Shown here piece after piece: positions 11,661 to 25,310 of a stretch of DNA of 64,000 bases (within the stretch, counting starts at the first letter, position 1; each line of letters opens with the position of its first letter). Where the stretch lies: NCBI RefSeq assembly GCF_009914755.1, contig NC_060926.1; one strand, written 5' to 3'. The notes under the pieces are model-generated. The model saw only the letters and a program-made list of their open reading frames with translations, was not told the origin of the DNA and did no database searches. Position numbers and translations under genes: made by a program. This stretch comes from the human T2T-CHM13v2.0 reference genome, Homo sapiens.

Positions 11661-14189
11661 CCCATGACTTGTACCTACATTTAGAGCTGAACATTTAGAG
11701 CTTTTTATTGTGTCCCATAACTATATAGAGCTCCCTGATGCAGGAATTCCAGAAGAAACAATAGTTACCTGGGTAATACTCAAGTCTCTTACTTAAGATA
11801 AATACTCTCATATATGCTTAATTATCTCTGAGTCCAACCAATATCCTCCGAGAATGTTTGATTTTTTCTTCTGTGGACAGGGCAGGCTACTTGCTTGTGG
11901 GGAAGTGTCAGGGTTGGCTGGCTGCTCCTGCTGGTTGGAGATTAGTTAGAATTGCCTGGTGTTAATTACAACTTTTTCCTTCCCTTCATTTTTATTGCTA
12001 TAAAGACCTTTTTTTCTGGAAGGTTCTTTTATTTGAGGTATGATGAGATCAATGAAACCGATTTTGCAAACCACCAGTGGAGATTTGTCTTACTGTTTTA
12101 TTGTGAAGGAATAGTCCTTTTCTCGTTTGCCACTGCCCTGTAGTCAATAAGTGGAAGAAATACTTTCAAAGTGGCTGCTGACTTAGTATCAATGTGTGGC
12201 CCACTGGTACTTAAAGATGCAGGGCATTTCCAAGCTTTCCATAAGGGAATAATTAAACCACCGCAGGTAACAAAGAATTAATTTTGAAGTATATTAAGCA
12301 CCCTTAATTAGCACATTTGCGTTTCGTTTCCCCACAGGGAAAATATTCTCATGGTAACTTGCCATGTCAGAGCTTCTAAAACTTCTCCCTAAACTTATGG
12401 CTGAAGCCAGTTTTACTATGCAAATAAGGACTGCAAAAACCTTTTAAGCCAAATCATTCATAAGCATTTAAGAAGCTCCGGGGCCTCTGGATTTTGTTAA
12501 TAATTCTGTGGCAATCACTGGGGAAGTCTTCTGAATATATAGCTGGTAAATTCAGAGTGCCTAAACCTAATAACCCACATCTGTGCAGAGTTTTGAAAGC
12601 TTGTTTTTTTCCCCAAATCCTGATTATGCTGTATTTTAATGGCATTTTAAAGTTTAAGTGAAATTAGAGATCATAAAAATGCCAGACAAATAGATACATC
12701 TCAGCTTAGACACATCCATCACATGGAGTTGATCGTTTACAACATCACATGCAATTAGGGCAGCACAAGGTATTATAGTTTATGGGTCTCAGATTCAATT
12801 AAATGAGATCAATTAATCCTTTGGCATATTTACGATATGATTCTCCTATTAAAGTATCTATGCTACATTGAATTTAATTTAACAATGAAAGTGGGCTAAT
12901 CTGTTTGGCTATTATGTAGATTAATATATTTTTTAATTTTAGGGGAAGACTTTAAAAATTATATGTGCTTTTCAAATATGAGCACGTAGAGATTACTTTC
13001 ATATGTGTTAATGATTGCCAGCTAATGATTATTTTAGACTTAGAAATGAACATTTGCCTAAGATGCACTTCTGAAGGCAACATTAATGATGAACAATTAC
13101 TGCAAGGGAAAGTTACCTTTGAGATTCTACTCTCTTGGATCCACACGAGAATGAGCTTGAACTCTATCAACCATTGAGGGAAAGGAAGAATATAGTCTTT
13201 TGATTTAGCATCACTGGTTCTCAGACTGCGCAGAGTGATTTCTGGTGTTGAACTTCTCATGATTAAAAATAGCACAGAAATGTTCAAAGTGCAAGGAAGG
13301 GAAGCTGGCAAGTAACAGGTACTGCCAATACAACTATATGGCCTGAACCCTTTAATTTTTTTCCCCCACTGAGATCCTGTAGGCAGCTAAGAATGTATGA
13401 TAGGGCCTTTTGGATGCTTTAGGACTTGATGTAGGATAAAGAAAAAAGTGACTTATTTCTTTGGCTTTTAAAATTTCTCTAAGTTTTGAGCATGCTTCTG
13501 TCTGAGAGTAACTGCCTCCTGCTTTGTCTTTTCTTTCTCCATGTTTTCGTTTCATCTTTGTTTCATCTGCCCTCTAAGAGAGGAGAAACATAGGACAGAA
13601 GATGTCCTAAAGTATTAGTGCATTGCCCAGTTTGTGTTATTGGAGATTTGTGTTACTGGAAATTTTTGGGTAGCAGCAGAACAGGGCAGAAAAGGGCAAG
13701 AGGCTAGGCCATGTGTGCAATGCCAAGAAGTGTGATACCATGGGGATCTAGGCTTATAAGCAAACCTGCCACTAGGTAGAGACAGTAGGCAATAAAGGTT
13801 CTGGAATGCCAGGGTAAGCCTTTGGTATGATTATACAAGCAATCGGAGGGCAAGAGGCAGACATATGTAAGGCAAGATGGTTTAAGCATGAAACAGTAGA
13901 CAGTGCCCTGATGAAGACATCTTAGAAATGGGGATACTTCTGCCTCAGCTACATATCTTTTCATAGAATTTTGGTTGGACTATACAATCTAAAACAGCAG
14001 GCACTGTGTCTCTTTTGCTCAGTATTATATGTTTAACTCTTGGCATTGAGCTTCATAAATATTTGTTGAATGAATGAATGAATTCTGAGACTGAAGTCCA
14101 TCCTAGCACTGCAGCCCAGGATCTGTAGGTGAAACACAACTCCTCCTCCTCTTCCTCTGCATCTTCCTTTTTCCTCCTCCTTCTCATCA

Positions 14190-14450
14190 TCAAAATGACT
14201 GAAGCCACTTTTTACTGAACACTGATCACGTGCCAGATGTTACACTATGTGCTTTACGTTCATTATCTTATTTGAAACTTACAACAATTCTACCGGGTAG
14301 GTGCTGTTTTCTTTGAACCTCTTTAATAGGGATTGAGGCATAGAGATTTTCACCTACCAATGGTCACATAACTAGTGACTAGGGGCCCTTACTCCAAACA
14401 CAGGCATTTGACTTGAGAACCCATGCTTTCAACTGTTAAATTATACTGTG
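14190..14450 (-). mobile_element. MIR
   Basis: ttactgaacactgatcacgtgccag...ttacaacaattct...ggtcacataactagt. Confidence 0.6.
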
Positions 14451-14499
14451 TTCTCTGTTAGCCACAGCACCAAGATACGAATCCATTTAAATTGAGATT

Positions 14500-14850
14500 T
14501 CTCAGTAGCTGTTTTGAATATCCATGTCCCACTTTGAAGTTAGACCTGGCCTTGTTAATTGCTTTGGCCAATAAAATGTGAACAGGAGAAGCAATGTCAC
14601 TTATGGGTAGAAGCTTTAAGCACCAGTACATGATTTATCATGCTTCTTGTTTCTATAATGGTAATCATGAAAGTGCATCCTGAGATGATAGAGTTTTTGC
14701 CACCCTGAATCTCTGATTGATTAAAATGAGACCCCTGATGATCTACACTGGACATGTAGTATGAATGAGAAACAACCTTTTCATGCATCAAGCCAGAGAA
14801 AGTTTGTTTTTTTCAATTCTGTGGCATAGCAGTGCTTATTCTGATATAGA
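14500..14850 (+). mobile_element. Old MLT1 (I/J-like) LTR
   Basis: ttgctttggccaataaaatgtg, tgtcactt...gaagctttaag, ggacatgtagtatgaatgagaaacaacctt. Confidence 0.6.
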
Positions 14851-15267
14851 TGTTCCTCATTTTTGCCCCCTTCAAATAATCTAAATTTGTTCCAGAGATG
14901 CCTACTCAAGGACATTAGTCATTCTCTAAGGATATAAATGTGTGTTGAAAGAATTTGTTTAAAATTACTCAAAGATCCCATATGAACTTACAAATTAAGT
15001 CATTATATGATGCTATTACATAAGGGTATAAAATAATCTTAAAATATAATTTTAATCTCATTAAAATAATCCATTTTGGTTACCTTCAAATGATAGATCA
15101 ATAATAGTTTAATAGTATTTCTTTGTACTGCTTCCTGTATCTCCTTTTTTATTGTATTTTCTTGCATACTTTTATTTTTCTTTTAGGCTCTTAATCTCCT
15201 CCCTTTTGAGATGGTTAATGAAAAGTCTCCGAGGATGAGAAAAGCATCCCTAGAATAAAATTGCTGA

Positions 15268-15714
<447 letters not shown>

Positions 15715-17502
15715 TCCATGGTGTTTTACATTAACTCCAAAATATTAAAGGGAACTTAGTTGACGTCTATTTCCAAGTCACTTTTACAAAGGAATACCTC
15801 TTCCCCTACATGTCTAACAGTTAAACCTCTACCTCAACACTTCACATGACAGGACATTTACTGGTTGATGTAGCTGCTGACTCATTTTTGGCCAGCTTTG
15901 CACATTTCTTCTATGAAGATAAAATTAGCCTTTTAGTTACATCAGCAAATTGTCCTAAAGTCTGCCCTCTCCACCTATAGAGACTAGGTAAAATTGCACC
16001 CCCCAAGAGACCTTACAATATTGGAACACACATATCAGGTCTCCCAAGAATCTTTTATTCTCTAGTTTCTTCCACGGTTCCCAGGATAACTGGAATACAG
16101 CTGTCCCTGTGGATCCCACCTATTCCTTACACATGGCTCAAATTCAGTTTCTTGGTCTCCTGAGATTCAAAATCCAGCTCTATAATTTTTCTAATTTTCT
16201 TCAGGTTACATTCTCTTAATTTGCTTGTTTGTATAAACTGCCAATATCAAAACCCAGTCTCTTTACAGGTTTCCACAAAATGACACTGGATCTAAGCAGT
16301 TTGTGTTTAAGATGTTTATAGTAGCTTTGTGGCAAAAACATCCTGAGGAATCGCACAGTAGATGCATGGGCTTCTGAAACCTCCCTCCATCCCCTTATCT
16401 CTCCCTTCCTTACTTCGTTCCTCACTTTCTCTGCCCAGTAAAAGCTAATTCTATTCATCTCAGAAATAACAGTCACTCATTCCCAGATTTAAAAGGCTCA
16501 GCCTACCTTAAAGGCAGATTATTTCAACAAAGTCTGGGTCTTCTTTTCCTAAAACAATGAAATGTTCACCAATTTGTTACAATACATAATAACAATAACT
16601 TCCTCCTTTTAAATGTTAAACATGTTACATTATCTCATTTAATCTTACTTTAAGCCCAGGTGGTAACAATATGATTCCCTAGGTTTCAAGAGCTGGAGTA
16701 GTTTTTATAAGGAAAAATACATTACTACTGGCAAAATCCGGCCCTTAAACCTACATTTTCTTTTTAACTCCAAAGTTGGTACTCTTAACATGGTTACTAA
16801 ACATCTCCTCAGGATTTCCATATCCCTCACCATTGTGATTGTTATTCATTGGATAAATTCCATTCAAACAAAAAGTGTTCCTTTAAAAATGTGGCCTCCT
16901 AAATGAATATAGTCTTTAGCCATGAACACAAGGAAGTAACTGAAGTTTGCAAACACTGGCCAATAGATAAAAAGAAGGAAGAAGAAACGAGAATTTGAAT
17001 CCCTGTAAAATCTTCAGTTCATGAATATTTTCTTTTACCTGGCCTGTTTAATTTATTTTGTTTCCTGTCTGGCTCCTGAAGTCATCTGAGTTTGCAATCC
17101 CTACTTTTAAATAACATGGCACATTCTTGGCTTCCAAGGATTTGATAGTTACAGTTATAATCCTTCCCGAGCAACCCAATAGGTCTATGACTTACGGTAA
17201 CTTCTAACCTTGCTGTGGAATGAATATGAATTGCCTGTCCTCTAAAACTACTGATTGGCATAAAGTAATTCAGCAAATGAGTGCACCTAGAAAACTACCC
17301 AGCTTCTACATATGACATGACCTTTCTATTCTCTATTTGTCTTTACATTTTTTATTCTATACAGAAAACTATATGCTATAAGGTCATTCATGTTCTGTAG
17401 AATTCATGAAGATCTTAAAACTTCAGAAGTTTCCACTTTTCTCTGAATCAACACTGCTGATTGATGATTTCTATGATGCCTATCTGTTAAAAAATTTTTC
17501 AA

Positions 17503-17805
17503 GACTGGGAGCAGTGGCTCACACCTGTAATCCCAGCACTTTGGGAGGCCAAGGCAGGCATATTACCTGAGGTCAGGAGTTTGAGACCAGCCTGGACAAC
17601 ATGGTGAAACCCCATTCTACTAACAATGCAAAAATTAGCTGGGCATGGTGGCAGGCACTTGTAACCCCAACTACTTGGGAGGCTGAGGCAGGAGAACTGC
17701 TTGAACCTGGGAGGCAGAGATTGCATTGAGCCAAGATTCCATCATTGCAAAAAACAACAACAACAACAACAACAACAAAAAACAAAAAAACCAAACCAAA
17801 AAAAA
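17503..17805 (+). mobile_element. AluS with a 3' deletion and a (CAA)n tail
   Basis: cctgaggtcaggagtttgagaccagcc; right arm stops at catcattgca, then caa repeats. Confidence 0.9.
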
Positions 17806-18440
17806 TTCAAGTATAACTGACCAAAAATAGCACAAAATTCATCCGAACTCACTAGGCAAATGGTTGATAATTCTGCAGGCAAGTTAGGCTTTTGTTGTTG
17901 TTGTTGTTCAGAGGCAAGGATTCCCTGGGTGACATGGAGTATAACTCAGAGATATTTCTAATGTCTTCATGTAGGAGTGATTAGTCAAATACATAGTGCT
18001 GTGATTTGTTCAAGGTGATGATACCAGACGTGAATCCTGTCGTTGAATTCTAGATCCATCTATCCAACACAAAAATACTATTCCTATTTTATAATTTGAA
18101 AACTAAGATGATTTTGCTGGGCTTTGCAAGATCATTGTCTTTATTAACAGATTTTCTCATAGTCATAGGTGTGAAAAATAGAATGGGTCATTCTGTGAGG
18201 TAGTGAGCTTCTTGCCATCAGAGATGTTTAGTCATAGCTCAGATGATCACAAAAGATGAATTGTACTCATTGGTATATGAGGTCCCTTCCAGTCCTGAAA
18301 TTCTTTTTCTATATAAAGTCAATAATTTCAAGCAATATTTCAGGTTATTTACTCTTCCCATAAATTGGCCAGATAATTGCTTTTCTGTTTCTCTTTGATT
18401 ATAAAAACCTTTGCATAATGGAAAGTAGAACTTAGGCATT

Positions 18441-18840
18441 CTGGCTCATAAATCTAAATGTGTCCCCAAAAGTTTGTGTGTTGGAAATTTGATTGCCATT
18501 GTGGCAATATTAAGAGATGGACCTTTAAGAGATGAACAGGCCATGAGGGCTCTGCCCTCAACTGGATTAATGCTGTTGTCTTGGGCATGGATTAGTTATT
18601 GCCAAAAGTGGATTCGTGATTTTAAAAAGGGGTAAGTTCAGCCCCATTCATCTCTCTCTGTCTTCATATGTGCTTGCTTGTCATGTGATCCCTTCTGCCA
18701 TGCGATGACCCTCACCAGATGCCAGTGCCATGCTCTTGGATTTCCTAGCTTCCAGAACCATGAGCCAAATAAACTTCTTTTCTTGATAAATTACCCAGTC
18801 TTTGGTATTATGTTATAGCAGCAGGAAACAGAAAAAGACA
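18441..18840 (+). mobile_element. MST (C/D-like) MaLR solo LTR
   Basis: ccatgagggctctgccctc, ccctcaccagatgccagtgccatgctcttgga, aataaacttctttt...ataaattacccagtc. Confidence 0.75.
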
Positions 18841-20340
18841 CCTGCCCCCTAAATGCTATTTACCTATATGTATATGCAGAGAATGCCATCATTGCTGATT
18901 ATGTCTAGCAGGTGGTTGAACATATGCATAAAGTTACAGATATATAACTAGGTGAATTTAATCTCTAACTGGATAGCCCACAGTCAGATCAACCTAGCTG
19001 TTTCTCACTTTTCTTTGGTAGTCTTGCAACACATTTGGCCTGGTTAAAATTTTAATGTGATTCTAACACAACATTAGTAGGTTGAAGAAAGTTGCAAGGG
19101 GAACATTAACATTTAAATAGATTTTGATTATTAGAGAGAAGTCAGAAAATCTAGCCAGAGATTTGGTTTAGTTAGAAATACCAGAGTAATTGATGGCTGT
19201 CAGTATTAGAAAAGATTTTCCAGAGGTAGAAACTGTCAAGATAAAGGAGGGAGGAGAAAGATCTTCAACATCTGACATGGTTGTATGAAAGAATGCGAGC
19301 ATAGGAGGGAGCAAGTCCTGCTGGAGAACTTCCAGCAATAACATGTACTCAATTCCCGTCTGGGTTACAGACCTTAACTCAGCCTAACTCCAATGCTGTG
19401 AGTTAAATACTCATTTCCTTATGTTAAGATGGCAGGAGAGGCTGCGTTTTCTGCACTGCTATCAGTGATCTTCATATTGTGGGGCTAAATCCTCCTTATT
19501 TCTTGCCCAAACTAGTCCTCCCCACCTCCCACTCAATATTGTATAAATGAAAACTCAAGAGATTAGTACATGGACCACAAAAATGAGTGTAGATTTAAGA
19601 CAGTTTTGCCAACCACAGCAAGGAGGTTTTACACTTATGAAAAACAACTGTACAAATAAAATTTAGCAATATTTCCATATTATTCTCAGTGACAACCAGG
19701 TTCCTTTAAAATCAATGAATTGTGTGTTTAAACTGAGTGCTTACCTTTAGTATTTTCCTGGTGTTTTAAGCAACAAATAACTTTTATTTGTATATATTTT
19801 TAAAACCTACAATAGTTGAGTGTGTATCATGTACCAGGCATCATGCTTATTGCTATGATCAGAGATAAAATACAGTTCTCACTAAATAAACAGAAGTATT
19901 CCTTTGCCTCATCCTAAAGGCCATTTTTAATCTGGAGTGCCAGCAATGTTTTGTTTATTGTCCTTCAGCAAATCTTCCTCACTTTCTACCTTTGATCATG
20001 CCTTTTCAAATCTTACTTATTCTTTAAAGTCTGATTCATTTTTGTGTCTTCCTTGAAGTTCCCTTGATCTCTTCAAAACAGAATGTCTCCTTCCTCCTTT
20101 GAGCAGGAAGCGCTTCTTGTCTGCAGTATTTGCACACTTGTCACATACTGTTGAGGGCCATCTTCAGTGGTGTTGGCATGTATTGTTATCTAGCTTTTCA
20201 TGTGAGCACATCCTGCTCCCCAAATAGCTTTTATGTTCTTTTTGTAGAACAAGTACTATATAGATTTGTGTTATGCAACCCATAGTGGAAATTCATCCAA
20301 ACTGCTGGCTGATCTCCTGCATCTAAAAAGTGGAGACTGC

Positions 20341-20667
<327 letters not shown>

Positions 20668-21082
20668 TCAAATTAAGACCTGGGTGTGGACCTGAGAATG
20701 AGAGATAAAGCTCAGCTTTGTTGATATTTTCCAGTTGCTTGGAAATCAGGGTGTATTCTCAGGTGATGTTTTCTATTCAGAAAACAAAGCATGCTTTCCT
20801 AATATGCAGTGTAACTGGTGTCACTTCCCCTGAACACATTTTTTTTTCTCCCCTTTTCTCTTGCCTTGTCCCTTTACCGACCAGCTACTTACTTTCTCAC
20901 TGGGCTACATATTAGTCTGATGCATAAATTGTATTTTGGTTTCCTGGGGCACCAATTAGAAGTCTTTCCTGTACATTTACAAAGTAGCTTTCTTGAGAGG
21001 TATGCTGTGCTATCCCCCTCCTGTGACTAACTTCCCTGGGGCCTCAGCTGAGCTCAGGATAGTGTTAAAGACATGTACTCTT

Positions 21083-21372
21083 GCTGTGCACAGTGGTATG
21101 CACCTGTGGTCCAGCTATTTGGGAAGGAGGCTGAGGCAGGAGGACTGCCTGAGCCCAGGAGTTCTGGGCTATAGTGCACTATGCCAAATGGGTGTCTGCA
21201 CTAAGTTCAGAATCAATATGGTGACCTCCCAGGAGCAGGGGATTACCAGGTTGCCTAAGGAGGGGTGAACTGACCCAGACTGGAAACTGATCAGGTCAAA
21301 GCTCCCATGCTCATCAGTAGTGGGACTGCACTCCAGCCTAGGCAACATAGTGAGACCCCATCTCTTAAAAAA
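21083..21372 (+). pseudogene. Processed 7SL (RN7SL-family) pseudogene
   Basis: Colinear with 7SL including the S domain (aatatggtgacctccc...ccaggttgcctaaggaggggtgaac...caggtcaaa). Short A tail. 16-bp TSD aaagacatgtactctt (21067-21082) / aaagacatgtgctctt (21373-21388). About 19 nt deleted after cagtagtggga. Confidence 0.93.
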
Positions 21373-22234
21373 AAAGACATGTGCTCTTAGAGTAATGTCT
21401 TGGATAGTGGGATTTTTTTGCAAACTGAAATAGCAGCAACTCAACCCAAAAGCAGAATTTATCAAGCTATGAGGCTGTTTCACAGAACCTAAGGATGAGA
21501 AGGTAGTTGGCCCCTAGGTATTAAATGGAACCTGGAGCTCCAATGCCAACAGGACTCCCTGTGTGTCTCTTACCTTTAACTCTGCAGGTCTTAACTCTAC
21601 AGGTCTGCTTTATTTTTTTTCTCTTGTTGTAGACTAGCTTCTGCTTTTTCTAGCTGTGTAATGAAGCAAGGGGGCCAACAGCTTCTGAGTTGGAATCCTT
21701 GAATCTAAGCATCCAGAGAAAGACAGTCTCGACCCGACTCACAACACCGGAGTAAGGCTTTTATTGCCATGTTAGGCCAATTGTCCATCCCTGGATCAAT
21801 AAAATGTGATCATATTTGGAATGATAGTTTACTCTAATATGTTTCTGGGGTAAACGTTTAGATGCAAAGTGGTAGGAAGGGGCATTGGCTGGAGGAGTTC
21901 TACTAGACAGATGAGGAGTAGGTGTTTGCTGAACTGTACATGGGTATAGAGAAGAATAGTTTACAAGCCCTTTCTCATATGTTATCTTATGTGAGCCTCA
22001 TGACAGTCAGTGACAGAGGCAAGACAGGTACTGTTGATGCACAAATCACACAGGAGGGTATTAACACGCTCTTAGAAACAAAGGAACTTATGGAAGATTC
22101 ATAGAAAGTACTAAATCCTCCTTTTACTGTCCAACAAAACTCACCCTTCAAAATGTTCCTGAAATCCCACCACCTTCTCAAAGTTGATGAATGGGAGAGC
22201 CACATTATCTTTTGTTCTCCTATTAGTTTAGCTT

Positions 22235-22700
22235 CTAAGTTCCAGGGAAGTGTAGTTTCAGGGAAGCAGGAATGAGAGAAAAGGAGAGTGAGATGAGAAA
22301 GAGGAGAGGAAATATAAGGGGGTGAATTACTGAGTGGGTCACAATCTTGAAATAAAATGATGAGTTTATATCAGGGGGTGAGTTACTGAGTGGGTCACAA
22401 TCTTGAAATAAAATGATGGGTTTGTAGCAGGGGGTATTTTCAGAGAGGCTGTTTGAAGCCATTGTGTGTGTCCGAGGGGTGGGGAGGAAAGGAATAAAAA
22501 TGTACTTACTGTCTTCATTGCCCATGATCAAAGTCAGATCCCAGGGCATTAACTCACCAACAGTATTATACATGCTTGGGGACATAGAAGGAGCTGCTGG
22601 AGAGCACAGAAGCCATGGAGTAGGAAGCAAGGTACTATCAGGTCATACAGGAAGGAGTGACATGAGAAACCAGGGGTAGTCACAGAAGAAGTCTGGCTGG
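22235..22700 (-). mobile_element. Old ERVL LTR (LTR33/LTR41-like) containing a 56-bp tandem duplication
   Basis: cagggaagcagg...gagtgagatgag...gggtgaattactgagtgggtcac resembles LTR33/41; diverged. Confidence 0.4.
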
Positions 22701-23059
22701 CCCAGAAGGCCAGGCTCTGACATGTCATGACATGTCATGACATGACTTTCGGACACAAAGTTGGTGAGAGGTCTTAACAAACCTCTGTCTATGGCCTACG
22801 AGAATGCAGCTGGTGCCAAGGCATGTTCCAGTGTTACTGAGAAGCTCACCACATGGTCTAGAGTGGTGATGGCGACTTCTACTCCCAAATGAAGACTCAC
22901 TTCAATGACACCTCACCTCCCTCACCCCAGAATTGACCAATTCCTTCTTTATGCCCACACTATTCTACACACGAGTCTAACATGGATATATAAATATTTA
23001 ACACCATTATTCAGATTTTTTTTCTTCTCCTTGAGAAGACTTTTTGGGGTTGGAGTAAT

Positions 23060-24830
23060 GTTGATTCATTTATTCAGTAGTTTATTGAGTATCTACAATG
23101 TGCCGGGCAGTTTTTTTTTTTAAGTGCTAGGAATAGAACAGTTGATAAAATAAATACAAATCTTTTAACTTTCTGAAGCTTACATTTTAGTGCATGTCTG
23201 TGTGGATGATTGATGAAGATATAGGTACAATATATCTTGTGTTGACGGTGGTAAGTGTCTTGGAGAAAAACAAAGCAAGATAGGAAGAGTGGTGGTGGGG
23301 ATTGAGGGATGTAGATTAACTAGGGTGGCCAGGGAAGGCTTCAGGGAGAAAATGACATCAGTACAGAGCAAACATGGATGTTCGTGTAAAAAGAGTTCCA
23401 GGGACAGAGAAGAGCAAGCACAAAGGCTCTAAGACATAGCTGGTGTGTCCCAGTAAGGGCAGGGTGGCCAGTGTGGACTCAGGCAGAGTGAAGGAGAGAG
23501 AAGAGTAAATAAGTCAGAGTTAATACGGAACCAAATATCACAGGTCATTGGAATAATTTGGCTTTCACTTGGGAGGGATGAGGAAGAAGCAGGGTTTTCA
23601 CCCCAGGGGTGATCTGACAAATTTGCATAGGATCACACTGGCTGAGAATAGACTGTAGAGGGGCAAAGGGTGAAACTGGGAGTTGGGAGGTTACTGGAGT
23701 AATGTGAATTAGAAGTATTGGTTGTTTGGACCAAGATGGTAGCAGGGGAGGTGGTGAGAGATGGTGAGATTATGGTTTTAAAATGGTGCTGATGGGATTT
23801 GGGATGGATTGGAAAGGAGGTATGAGAGAAAGAGAGAAGGGGAAAAAATGACTCCACATTTTTGGCTTGAGCCAAGACTACAGGAGGAAGAGATTTCAAG
23901 GGGAAGATTAATAGTTTGGTCATGAGATAGCTTTTAGACATCTGAGTGGTGGTGTTAAATTGCCAGTGGATTTAAGAGTCAGAAAGTCAGGAAAAAGTTC
24001 ATGGCTAGAGATATAAATATGGGAGCTATTAGCATGACATTGGAGGGCATACAGATGTCATTAAAAGCCACGAGACTGGATAAAATCACCAAATGAATAC
24101 ATTCAGATAGAAAAGTGAAGAGGAAAAAAGACTGACTCCTAGGCCACTATAACTTCTAGGGGTTAGAAAAGTGAGGAGTAACCAGGAAGGAGACTGAGAA
24201 GAAATGGCCATGAAGGAGGAAGAAACCCAGAAGAGTGAGGTTTCTGGAAGCCAAGTCAAGAATGTTTTAAGACACACGACCTGACAACTGGGCCAAATGC
24301 TACTGACAGAGGTGTTGTGAACTGCTATGAACTGAATGTGTGTGTCCCCCAAAATTCATATGCTGAAATCCTAGTTCCCAATGTGATAGTATTCAGAGAC
24401 AGAGTCTTTGGGAGGTAATTAGCTAATGAGGGTAGAACCTTCATGAATGGGATTAGTGCCCTTATAAGAAGATAGGGCACTAATCTGTGTTTCCTCTTTC
24501 TGTGCTCTCTGCCATGTGAGGATACACAAGAAAACAGCTGTTTTCAAACCAGGAAGAGGATCCTTGCCAGACACTGGATCTGCCTGCATGTTGATCTTGG
24601 ACTTCCCTGCCTCCAGAACCGTGAGGAATAAATTCTGCTGTTTAAGCCACCTAGTCTAAGCAGCCTGGACTAAGATAAGAACTGACCTTTGTGTTTAGCA
24701 GCATGAAGATCACAGGTGACCTTGGGCAGTTTCAATGCAGCAGAGGAGACAAATGTCCAAATGGAAGTTCAAAAGAAAATGAGGGGAGAGAAATTGGAAG
24801 CACCAGTATAGGCCATTCTTCAGTTTCACT
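23060..24830 (-). mobile_element. L2 (long 3' segment) interrupted by MLT1A
   Basis: attcatttattcagtagtttattgagtatctacaatgtgcc 3' end; typical purine-rich body continuing after 24678 (agaactgacc...ttagca...ggtgaccttg). Confidence 0.75.
24323..24677 (+). mobile_element. MLT1A-type MaLR solo LTR
   Basis: tgctatgaactgaatg...ccccaaaattcatatg...atgaatgggattagtgcccttataa...gactaagata; TSD tgaac / agaac. Confidence 0.85.
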
Positions 24831-24880
24831 TTCAAGAGATAGAGTGGAAAGAGGGGAGGGAAGAGTAAAAGAAACTCCCT

Positions 24881-24883
<3 letters not shown>

Positions 24884-24911
<28 letters not shown>
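24884..24911. repeat. (TG)n microsatellite
   Basis: Seen directly. Confidence 0.95.
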
Positions 24912-25262
24912 CGGTTATATGCCCACTGGAAAGGTTTAGTATAGCCTACTGGCAGCACCAGGCAGAAAATGAATGTGAGAAAAATGAACAAAAATGCCCC
25001 AGAACCATGTATACATGGGCCATGGAATGAATTCACACATGGCTCCTGTATCAATGGGGAAATGCATTGCGGGAGGGAAGGTGCCTGGGTTAGGCCTCAC
25101 AGGCCTAATGCCTTAAAGGTTTTAGATTCAAAAGGCAGAAATAATGAGCCTGCCGAGTAGCACAGTGGAGGTTCTCATGATGTGCCAGGTCAAAATGTGG
25201 TCTAGCAGCCTTTTCAGAGAGGTTAGTTGAGAGGGGTGGTTTTACAGAACGCTGCAGTTGCT

Positions 25263-25304
<42 letters not shown>

Positions 25305-25310
25305 GTCATC
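25263..25310. repeat. (ATC)n trinucleotide microsatellite, about 16 units
   Basis: atc repeats with one gtc interruption. Confidence 0.95.
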
